DNA of 64,000 bases from Ancylonema sp. (lineage: Eukaryota): the NCBI GenBank assembly GCA_050230475.1, contig JBFLGF010000059.1:1-64000 (forward strand), read 5' to 3'. Under the pieces are notes generated by a model, which did no database searches, was not told the DNA's origin, and saw only the letters and a list, made by a program, of their open reading frames with translations. Positions 38,906 to 49,352 of the stretch are shown piece after piece; position 1 is the first letter of the stretch; each line of letters begins with the position of its first letter. Both the position numbers and the translations under genes were made by a program.

Positions 38906-39029
38906 CCGTACTGGCCACACATAATGACCCACAAATAATTATGAGAAGGGTGGGTCGGGTCAAGTGGTGGTTTCTTAGTTAAATTGATTCGTTTCTTAAA
39001 ACCCGGGTCATTATGTATGGCCACTACGG
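38906..39029. mobile_element. Internally deleted, inverted copy of the CCGTA MITE
   Basis: Same TIRs and TA flanks; 124 bp. Confidence 0.85.
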
Positions 39030-39336
39030 TACTCATATATTTCCCTCATCTACGTATACTGTCTTTAATCCATTTTCCCACCATATAATAATCACTTGGC
39101 AGAGTGACATCCTACAATCCTTCATCTTCATCCTAGCACATTTAAATATCGCCGTTGAAACAATAGTAAGAGAGAAGATACACCATCCACAAAACAGGCG
39201 TTATCCCAACAACCTTCCCCCCCATCATATTATCCAATGAGGAGGTGTGTAGCTAGATTGAAAGACTGCCATTAGACTCAGAATATCACCCTTTTTTTTG
39301 TGAAATCGACGATTGTAGATGCCTCTTTTTTAGATA

Positions 39337-41059
39337 CCGTACTGGCCATACATAATGACCCGCAAATAATTATTGAAAGGGTGGGTCGGGTCAAATTAAA
39401 TAATTCATTTTCTGGGGTTGGGGCACGCCATAAACTCCGAAATTCGGCGTAGTGGGACAACGTTGTAAAATATATTTTATTCGTTTTATTGCTCAAAATA
39501 TATATTTGGTTGGATCCCGATCGTCAAGAATCAACCGTGCTCCCGTAGCGGCGTAATCGATCGTCATTGGTTTCGTTTTCACAAATTTAGAGGGGGGAAA
39601 TGGACATGTTGGGGAACAATTAAGTTGCATATTTTTCTTACATTTTTGCACCATGCACAAGCCAACATGATAAACAACATAGAGTTTCGAGGTTTTTTAA
39701 ACCACGATACACCCTTCAAAATCCCAAAAAGTAAGGAACATCCGGAAAATCGAAAGAATGTGGATATCTCCACACACTCACTTACTAGTCACTACTCGCT
39801 ACACACTACTCATACTCTCTCACTATCAACTCTTCACTACTCTTCCCCTTCATGAGTAAGTGTTCAGGTCTGAGAGTCTGTTGCAATCTGCAAGGCCGCA
39901 ATCTAGAGCCGACAATGCACCCCACCGAGATAAGGCTTTTGAACGAAAGTGAACGGATGAACGGCAAATAAAATTGAGATGAAGGAAAGTGAACGGGTTC
40001 TAGAGTGTAAAGTGAACGGATGAACGGCGATGAATTTGAGGTGAAGAAAAGTGAACGGATTTTTCAGTGTAAAGTGAACGGATGAACGGCGAATGAAATT
40101 GAGATAAAGGAAGTGAAAGATTTCTTTAGTGAATAGTGAACGGATGAACGGCGAATAAATTTGAGATAAAGGAAAGTGAACGGATTTTTTAGTGTAAAGT
40201 GAACGGATGAATGGCGAATAAATTAAAGGTAAAGGAAAGTGAACGAGTTTTTTTAGTGTAAAATGAACGGATGAACGGCAAATGCATTTGAGGTAAAGGA
40301 AAATGAACGGGTTTTAGAGTGGTAAGTGAACGGATGAACGGCGAATAATTTTGAGATGAAGGAAAGTGAACGGATTTAGAGTGTTAAGTGAACGGATGAA
40401 CGGCGAATGAATTCGAGGTAAAGGAAAGTGAACGAGTTTTTTAGTGTAAAGTGAACGGATGAACGGCGAATCAATTTGAGATGAAGGAAAGTGAACGGAA
40501 TTTTTAGTGGAAAGTGATGAACGGATGAACGGCAAATGCATTTGAGGTAAAGGAAAATGAACGGGTTTTAGAGTGGTAAGTGAACGGATGAACGGCGAAT
40601 AATTTTGAGATGAAGGAAAGTGAACGGATTTAGAGTGTTAAGTGAACGGATGAACGGCGAATGAATTCGAGGTAAAGGAAAGTGAACGAGTTTTTTAGTG
40701 TAAAGTGAACGGATGAACGGCGAATCAATTTGAGATGAAGGAAAGTGAACGGAATTTTTAGTGGAAAGTCGGTAGAGTTAAAAAAAAACTTCGGGAATAT
40801 CAGAAAAAAATAGATGGCCGAAAGATACCCCCCCAAGGTTTACAGTGCCATAATACGGAACTTGTGCAATACAAATCGCGTTTTGTTTGAAGGTGGGTCA
40901 TTTTGCTTGCCGGGTCATGGCATAATAAATTTATTTTACCCGGGTCATAATTGTGGGTCACGGGATAATAAACATATTTTGCCCGGGTCAAGTTGGTGGG
41001 TCACGACAAAAATTAATTGTTATTTTTTATACCCGGGTCATTATGTATGGCCACTACGG
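39337..41059. mobile_element. CCGTA-family ends enclosing inserted sequence and a satellite
   Basis: Left TIR at 39337; right TIR ...GGGTCATTATGTATGGCCACTACGG ends at 41059. Confidence 0.6.
39945..40769. repeat. ~62-bp minisatellite (~13 copies) with a 4-unit higher-order duplication
   Basis: Unit AAGTGAACGGATGAACGGCGAAT...GGAAAGTGAACGG...AGTGTA; 40263-40515 duplicated at 40517-40769. Confidence 0.92.
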
Positions 41060-41612
41060 ATACTTCTGAAACGTTTCAGGCACCAAGCGTGAACAGGTTA
41101 TATCCAGGCATAACAGGTAGGGCTAGCAAGAAAAATTGGGGGGGGGAGGGGAGCCAAATCGCGAAACGGCCCACCAAAAACAACCCTACAAACTGCTTGC
41201 TCCATTTGGGTCCGCATCTTGCACCGGGGCAGGCCTCGGTTCCGATACATGATTTTGCCGGGTCGGGTACCTACGGTCATAGTTGTTCCCTTCGAAGTTG
41301 TCCAACATTGTTCCCCAATGCAATTGAATCGTCACCAAATGATGACCATGCCTTCCAGATCATAGATTGCCCTCTCTAATGCTTCTAGCGTTGCTCAATA
41401 GCTCATGTGGTCCACACACCGAATTGATATGAAAATATCAAAATGATCTTTTTATTGCATTCGTTTGATTGGTCTCTTGTTTCACAACTTTTGACACAGC
41501 CATTCAAAAAGCAACATAGACATCCTCAGGTGGTTCCGTTTTCTATTCGGCCATCAAATCCATTCTACAAGACTGATTTCCACCAAACAAACGCCCACAA
41601 AAGGCACCCCCT

Positions 41613-44600
41613 CTACAAGTACTGCGCCAGGTCCTCCCCACTCAGTTCCTCCAATCCCTTGACCAGCCCCTGCGCCTTGGCCACGTTGTCCGCATCCGTG
41701 TCCTCCAAAACCTCCGCCAAAAAGGGCAGAGTCTCCGGCAGCAGCACCAAATACTCCTCCTTCAATCGCTCCACCAACAACCCAACCACCGCCAGACCCG
41801 TAGCCCTTGCTCTCACCTTCTCACTTCTTGTGCACATTAACACGGAGTAGTTGAGCTGCTTCCACAAAACGTCGGATCCAGATGTGAGTGCCATCTGCCC
41901 CAGGCAGGCCACCAGCGCACTCTCCATGGCCGACCTCGCCCCCGCCTCTGCCTCCTTTCTGTCTGCGCACCCCTCCGGAGGCGGGGGCGGATCCAGCTCG
42001 ATTTGCGCCACAATGGGGTCCAGCAGCCTCTGGAATCGAGGGCCGTCCAGGAAGCCTGTGGTGTCGTACAAAAAGCACTTGTGCAGACAGGAGAGGACGC
42101 GAATGCGAAGGTGCCATTCCTCCCAGCTCAAAGACTCGGGCGGCCCTGCGCTCTTCTTCTTCTTCTTCTTCTTGGGTCCAGAGGGAAGGGGGCCTGATCC
42201 TGTGAGGTGAGTGATGCAGAGGTCGAGCAGGTAGGAGTAGTAGGGAACGAACACTGATCTCAGGTTCTCTGTGAGTACGTCTACGAGTCCGAAGAACGCG
42301 GTGTTACGCTGTCGACTGCCACCTGGGGGCATCTCCTGTTCCTCGATTACCCCCCGCTGCGTCCAGTCCAGGGCAGCCACAAACATGGGCTTGAAACTCG
42401 TTTCGCTCAGCTTCATGACCAGCGAGGACGTGGCGTGGAGGACGGCCGCCTCCACCACCTCCACCTCCTTCTCCTTCCCCTCCTCTGCCTTCCTCCTTGG
42501 GTCCATGTGGGTGAGCAGGAAGGTGTACAGCCTGGTGTGGTAGGCAGACACGGCAGCCCTGTCCAGTCCTTGGGACAGACGGGCAAGCAGGGAGAGGACG
42601 GCCGCCGCCTGATGCCCCTCCCCAGCCAGGGGGTTGAGGGGATACGCCGCCAGTAGGGGGTCCAGCAGCACTCGCGCTGGGATCTTGGTTGGGAGCAACT
42701 CTCGTATCCCCCTGGCGGTAGGGAGGTGGAAACAGGCTGGGTGGGTGGTGAGGGTGAGGAGGGTGGGCAGGTAGGGAGACAGGAACGCCCCCAGACTGCC
42801 CACCAGCCTCTCCACTGCCCCCAGCGCCCCTTCCAGCACCTCCCCACTGCCCCCCTCCCTGTCTCCTCCCACTGCGTCTGTGGCCGTAGACAGCAGGGCG
42901 GGCACGGAGTGGGGCAGCCAGGGGAGGGAAAGGGGGCCAACTGCGCACCCAATCGCTGCCATGCACCGCATGCTCGCCAGGACCACACCGCGGCTCTTGT
43001 GTGTGAAGCACGGGGTGACAGCTGGCAGGAGCAGCGCAAAGTCGGAGGCAGCAGAGGCCCCGTATCGCTCACTCATCCCCGTGAGTGCCTGGAACGCTGC
43101 CAGTAGGGTGGGGGGGCTGTCCTTGGAAAGCAGGGGGGTGATGTGATGCGCCACCTCAGCGTACTGCTCCGCCTCCTCCTTCCCAACCTCTGACTGCCCA
43201 CTCGTCTTAGGTTGCTGCTTACGTTGGCGACGTGATAGGGATTCCGTTCTTGCCCCCACCCTGGTGTGAAGCAGTTGAAGCACCTTTCGTCGCATGGCCT
43301 CCTCTGGGTGACTCATCATCTGCTGTACTGCGTGGAGGTAGGCTGGGGTGGACATCAGGTGGGTGAGGGAGGCGAGGATGGAGAGGGCGTGATCCACAAC
43401 AACGGGATCTACCCCGGATCGGAGTCGCACCAGGACCTGCTCCAGAAGGGAAGAGTACCCGACCTCCTCCTCCTCCTCCTCTGTGGCAGTTAACGCTGTC
43501 ATCTGGTTGGCCACAAATTCCACCCCCACCTTCTGCACACGTGGACTGCTGCCCGAATGAGGCCCTGTGCCCTTCAGCACAGCTGCCAAGGACGACAGCT
43601 GGCGGGGGGGAGGTAGGGGGGTGAAGAGCTGATCACACAACTCCACGGCCCACTCTCCCCCCTCCCCCTCCCCCTCCCCCACTCCCCCCTCCGCAGCGGC
43701 TGTTAGCAGCAGCAGTAGAGCGATGGGCAACCCCTCCTCCTCCCCCACCGCCCGTAGCGCCGTCCGCACCACTTCCATCCGGCAGGAGGGAGGCATGGTG
43801 GGGAGAGAACGTACGACCAGGGGCATGAGGTGGTGGGCGTCCTGGCCCTGGGCCGCCCATAACGGCAGGACGGCCGTGAGCAGCCTCTGTAGGTCGGACG
43901 GGTGGGAGAAGGTCTGGTCGGACACCAGGCGTACCACCGCCTCCACCACCCCCTCACCCCCCTCCCGAAGTAGGGTGGTGAGGAGAGAGGTGGCCTCCCT
44001 GCACCCTGCCTCCTTGAAACAGCGCACGGCCACAGATGTGGTAAACGAGGTGGCAGAGGGCGCCATGGACTCGAGCACGCGGAGAAGGAGGGGGAGGAGG
44101 GAGGAGGAGGAGGACGAGGAGGGATGGGTGGGAGCCCATATCCCGTCCAGTATGGCCTCTACCATGGTGAGGAGTAGGGGTGGGACTGCCTCCGCCTCCC
44201 CCCACTCTTCCTTGTCGAGCATCATGGTGAGGAGTGCGGCTGTAATGGGGAGCAGTCTATCGGCAGGAGGCCACACGTGCAGAGTGGCGACTTTCTTCTT
44301 CTTCTTTCGGGGTGTGGGGGTGGGGGGGGCGGAGGGTGCTTCTGCCTCTCCCCCTGCCACCCGAGTAAGGCAGTCCATGAGTAGCGGGGGAGGGATGTTG
44401 ATGCGGCCCAACGCATCCTGGGCGGATGTTTTGACATCCACTTGCCCCCCCCATTCACTCCCCACCACCGACAGCAGAGCAAACAGGAATCGTGCCTGCA
44501 GGGGCAAATCCACAACCCTACCCAAACTGTTACTACCCTTCCACTCAACAGAGGCAGAGCTTATTGTGCCCCTCTGTCTCTCTCTTTCCCTCTCCCTACC

Positions 44601-47600
44601 TGCATCTCCTGTGGCATCCCTTCAAAGACTTCCGACGAAATCACGTGGGCGGCAGCGACCATGGGGCGGGTGACAGCTGGCGTGGCTGGTAGCCCTCCTT
44701 CCCCCTGGTTGGGTCCCACCTCCAGCGCCTGTAGAACGACATCCATGCTGCTGGCCACCTCCACCGTATACATCTGAAACGGTGGGGAACACAACCAGGT
44801 TAGAAAAACAGACACTATGGGTAAACATCCAACCACCCCAGCCCCCCTCCGACTTCCCCACCCACCCTGATCATCGTTTCCATGACCACAATCTCCTCCT
44901 CTTCCATCCGTCCCTCCTTGTCCATTCGCCTCCCCAACAGTGCCTCAAGCTCTACCCGACACTCGGATGTACGCTCCGCCGCCCACCCCACCCCCTCCAT
45001 CATCTGGAGCACCACCAACTTCACCCCGGGAGGCAGTCCCAGCGCCTGCCTGGTCAACCCTCGGCAGATTTCCGCCGCATCCATCCTGGAGGATAGGAGT
45101 TGGGGCAGCAGGGAGGAGATGTGACGACCATCCGCCGCCACCGCCGTCTTTGCCTCCCCTATCCCCTCCACCAATCCTCGCACAGACTCGATAGGGGAAA
45201 GCAGGGTAATGGCATCCACTGCTGCCCCACGAACGAGATGGGATTCACACGCGGTGGCCGTGAGTAGGAGGCACAGGAGTACCATGGCATCCTCGTCCCC
45301 TACTCCCCCCACCCCCTCTCCCCGCAGGTATCCCCCCACGGCCTCCACTGTCCTCTGCTTCACCTGTAGCGGGGCAGTCGGTCCCAAGAATTTTGCCACA
45401 AAGAGTGCCACCTGGCGCAGGCCCTGGTGTACCTTGAGCAGTTGCAGCAGCAGGGGCTGAGCAGGGGATGCGGGGAGGGAGGTGGCACAGAGCGTCCACA
45501 ACCTCTCCCCCACCTCCCTACCCCCCACCCGGTCGGCCATGGCATGGCACACCCTGAGCAGCAGGTGCGCACAGGCGGCAGGACCCCCCTTCCCGCCGAG
45601 TTGGGCATAGCAGCCTACAGGAATCCCTCCCCCCACCTCTGTCGCCTCCAGGGGGGTCATCTTGGCAGGGAGGGGCAAGCGCGGTACCATCTCCTCTACC
45701 ACCCCCATCATGTCCTCCTCCAACTCGGACTGGGGGTGGGTGCAAAGGAGGTGGAGAAGGAGGAGAAGGAGGAGGGGGTGCACCGCCCCATCCTCTGCAG
45801 CTGCTGTGCGCCAGACAGCGAGACCACCCGCCCCGCTTTTTGCCACCCCCTCCGCCAGAGCACGCACCACCTCCTCATTGAGGGCACCATCCCCCCCACC
45901 CCCCTCGGGGTCAGGTTGGGGAAGTCCTTCGAATAGGGGGAAACGGAGAGCAGCCGCCGCCGGCAGCACCGTTTGACGGGTGAGACGACTAGACTGAAGG
46001 AAAAAGGAAACAAGAAACAGGATGAGGGGAGGAGAAGATGGGGCAGAAGGGTGCACTGCAGGTGGAGCAGATTTCCGACCTTGGGCAGAAGTAGCAGGAA
46101 GGGCAGAAGTACTTTTGCCGCCTGCTCTGTGAGGATGGGGTGGTCCCTACCGAGCTCCCCCACCATCCCTAGCGCGCGCGTCAGGACCTTGCGAGCCCCC
46201 TTCTGCCCACTCCCTACCGCCGCGGCTGCGCGGTTGGCCACGCCCTTGAGGTGGGAGAGGAGGTGGGGAGGCGGGAATAGTTTTGGGAGTAGCAGGTCGC
46301 ATGCCAGCGTGAGGTCCAGCAGCCCCCACTCCGTTTCGCCCAGCCGCCTCTCCACCCCCGCCCGCAGTTGGGGGTCCAGGGCGATGGAGTCGGGTGGCAG
46401 TAGCGCCAGGTGTCGCAAGGCAGCCTCCCTCACCCCCCCCTCCACGTGGTCCAGGGCGACCAGTAGGGGGCAACCCGTGTCATGCCGGGGCACGTTCAGA
46501 CTGCCCTCCAGGGCAGAGTGGAGGAAGGAGAAGAGGGGGCAGGGGGCAGGGAGGGAGGGGAGGATGGAGGCCAGACAGGGACCCATCTGAGCCGGGTGGT
46601 GATGCTCCAGAGCCACGAGTAGCTCTTCAACGCCCGACTCTGCAACAAGACACGAAATAGTGAGAAAGGGGGGCAGGGGGGGGAGCGGGGGGGAGGAGGT
46701 GGCAGGAAAGAAAGTCGTACTGGTTGTGGGGGTGGGTGTAGGGACCTCCTCCCCTGTTTCCACGTGGAAGCAGAGTGCGATTGCCTCCTTGGTGAGGTTG
46801 GGCACATGGGTTGGGGGGTGGAGGGGGAGCAGGTGGCGCTGGATGCAGTCCAGCAGTAGGGGGCGGTTGGAGTGCAGCATGGCAGACAGTAGCAGCCCCA
46901 CCAACTTGTCCACCGCAAACCGTAGGGACAAGTCCGTCACAGCCTCCAGCTGCTTCTCGTTCAGCAGGGGGGCGAGGGCCTTGGGGGGGATGCTTTGCAC
47001 AGGCTGGGTCTGGGTGAGGTGCAGCAACACGCACAGCCGCTCCTGGGGAAGAGACGAAGAGTTGGTGGAAGAAGAAGAAGAAGAAGACGCCAGGGTGGCT
47101 ACCAGGTGGGCCAGCACAGGCTGGGCCAGGGTGGTGCGGTTGGCCAGCTGCATGACCACCATAAGGGCGGCCGCCTGTGCGTCCTCGGAGCCCCCATTGG
47201 CCAGCCCTGTCATCACATGGGGCACCACCCTCCCAACCAGGGCGGGAGACAGCTGGGCGACGGCTGCCAGCGCCTCCAGTAGCAGCACGGCGGCACAGGA
47301 CTGGGCAGAGCGGCTGTAGGGGGGGTGTGGGGGGGAGTCCAGCGCCATCTCGCATGCTATGTCCATGAGGGCGAGGTCGTGGGTGCAGCGCTGAACCAGG
47401 GCGTCGCGGGGTACTGGGGATCCGGACTTCTGAACCCCCGTCAGGAACTCCCAAGGGGTGGCGTTGATGTGGGCCAGCTGTACCAGGCGGACGAAGACGG
47501 AGGAGGCGTGGTAGGGGAGGAGGGAGCGGAGGAGGGGGTCCACATCGTACAATTGGATCCTGGGGAGGGGAGGAGGGGGGGGGGGGGAGGGACATGGGAT

Positions 47601-48869
47601 GAGGATGAGGATGGGGGCGGGTGGGGGTGGAGGTGGGTGTCTGGGGGGAGAGGGCGAGGGGCTGTGTTGCCGTCAGACCGCATCATGGTGTGATGTCATG
47701 GCGACGCTCAAAAGTGCTTGAAAAGTGATGTCATCACTGGCAACAGCAGCCCCTGCATCCTCTGGACGCTACAGTAAAGCATTTACTTAAATAGGACGAT
47801 ATGGTTGTGTACATATGGATCAGCCCACAAGTCATGCATGCACATGGAGTGTGTATACAGACAGATGTGTGCATCAGGTACGCACATATACATTTACACA
47901 CTGACTTTCTGATGTTCAGCTTACACTCATGTACATGTAGAATGTGTAGGGCGTGCGGACATGCGTCTTGAGGGAGTGTGCGGACATAGGTATTGAGAGT
48001 GTAAGTACATGTAAACATATCACAACTTATCATACATAAAGAAAAAATGAATTCACGTGCATAATGGAAGGCAATCCGACAGTGAGACATCATGCGTTTC
48101 AGATTTCAGATTGTGCGTCCATAGTGACAGCATCAATGGAGGGTTGAGAGTAATGTTGTACTTGTAAAGCCGGATAAGATACTCGAGGACCTGGTGGGCG
48201 GAATGGAGGAGGAGATAGCCGGACAAGAGGCGAAGGAAGGACCCGAGAGAGGACTTCAACTTCTTGTTCTCCTCGGGGGACAGCTGGTCACGATCGAGGG
48301 TCAGAGTTTGGGTGCCGAAGAGGGTTTTCTGGTACGGAACGAAGCGACCGTCGAGATTGGACAACTCAAAGATACCTGCAGTGGGTAGGATGACAACGGT
48401 CGAACGTCAGAAAACAACAACAAGACTCTTTGTTGAAATGTAATAAAAACGGAAACCTCTTCCTCCTAGGGGCCCAGTAAGCCCACCACATTTCAAAAAA
48501 AGAAACCCTAACTAAAAGTAAGAAAATTCACAAGTATTTAACTCCATGTACAACACATTACTTATCCGGTCAGCAAAGCCCTTTGCAACCACCATTTCAA
48601 ATGTAGAATTCCAAATCAAGACCAGCTGGACGAAAGCACCATCCTTCATATTTGTCCAGTTGCGAAAGGTCCGGTATCTTTGAGCTGGAAAAGACAAGAA
48701 AATATTTCTTGCCTGTTCGAGCATTTTCGAAAATGGTCTGCAGGTCAACGTCAGCTGCCTCCCGGGGATCGTACAGCAACGAAGGTTTTCCCTTGACTCG
48801 CAGGGGGGCGTCTCCTCCCCGCGCGAGGGCCAATTTCTTGAGCTGCGAAGCTAAAACAGAGCTAGCCAT
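41613..48869 (-). CDS. UTP10: U3 snoRNP-associated protein 10 / HEAT repeat-containing protein 1, multi-exon
   Basis: N-terminus MASSVLASQLKKL..KPSLLYDPREAADVD; LRLLSGYLLLHSAHQVLEYLIRLYK; LLPYHASSVFVRLVQL; C-terminus LVMKLSETSFKPMF, WKQLNYSVLMCTRSE, EEYLVLLPETLPFLAEVLED. Confidence 0.93.
47666..47744 (-). ncRNA. Intronic box C/D snoRNA with two putative 25S rRNA guides
   Basis: Minus strand reads GTTGCCA-GTGATGA(C)...TTTCAAGCACTT-TTGA(D')...ACCATGATGCGGT-CTGA(D)-CGGCAAC; 6-bp terminal stem; same strand as the host gene, in intron 2. Confidence 0.85.
48471..48511. promoter_or_regulatory. Two site-II motifs (TGGGCY, minus strand) plus a telo-box (AAACCCTAA) in UTP10 intron 1
   Basis: GGCCCA at 48471, AGCCCA at 48480, AAACCCTAA at 48503; this combination is typical of plant ribosome-biogenesis and snoRNA genes. 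Confidence 0.5.
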
Positions 48870-49352
48870 TATTCCCCGCTTCCGTCCCCGCTTCACAGAA
48901 CCCCTAGCAGCGTAGCTCAGGCGGAGTGTTGTACCTCTTGTAGCTGAGGGGTATGAGCGAGGGACCACTGTACTTCGGCGTCGAGCGGAATTCAGACGAG
49001 TTTTTGGCGGCATCTTTCCAGCTTCTTCTGAACCCTTAGGCGGAATTCTGAGGTTTGACCAGAAAACATTGTCCGTACAAGTTTGACGATCTGGGAATCA
49101 TTCTCTGCGTACGTGGCGGAAGATCTGTCCTTCCGTGAGCCGACACCCTGAGAAACGGCGGTTTTCGACGAAGGGCCACCATTTCCCCCCACGGAGTAGA
49201 ACAAACCCTGCGCCACTTCACTTCCGGAGACACAACTTCGGTGCGCCAGAGCAACGCTTCTATCTCCTTAGTCATTCTTCTGGCTACCTGTAACCTGTTG
49301 TGAGGAGTTTTGTTGAGCAACAGGATCTGATCTTCATTCTTTCTGCTCCAAG
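48870..49352. promoter_or_regulatory. Putative bidirectional promoter between UTP10 and ABCF2
   Basis: Divergent start codons 483 bp apart. Confidence 0.55.

Noticed and set aside
39945..40769. CRISPR-like appearance of the regular repeats
   Set aside because: The intervening segments are homologous rather than unique spacers; eukaryotic context; no cas genes
41821..47693. Many overlapping short ORFs across UTP10 (likewise across RecG and the SET genes)
   Set aside because: Alternative-frame or antisense by-products of GC-rich coding sequence
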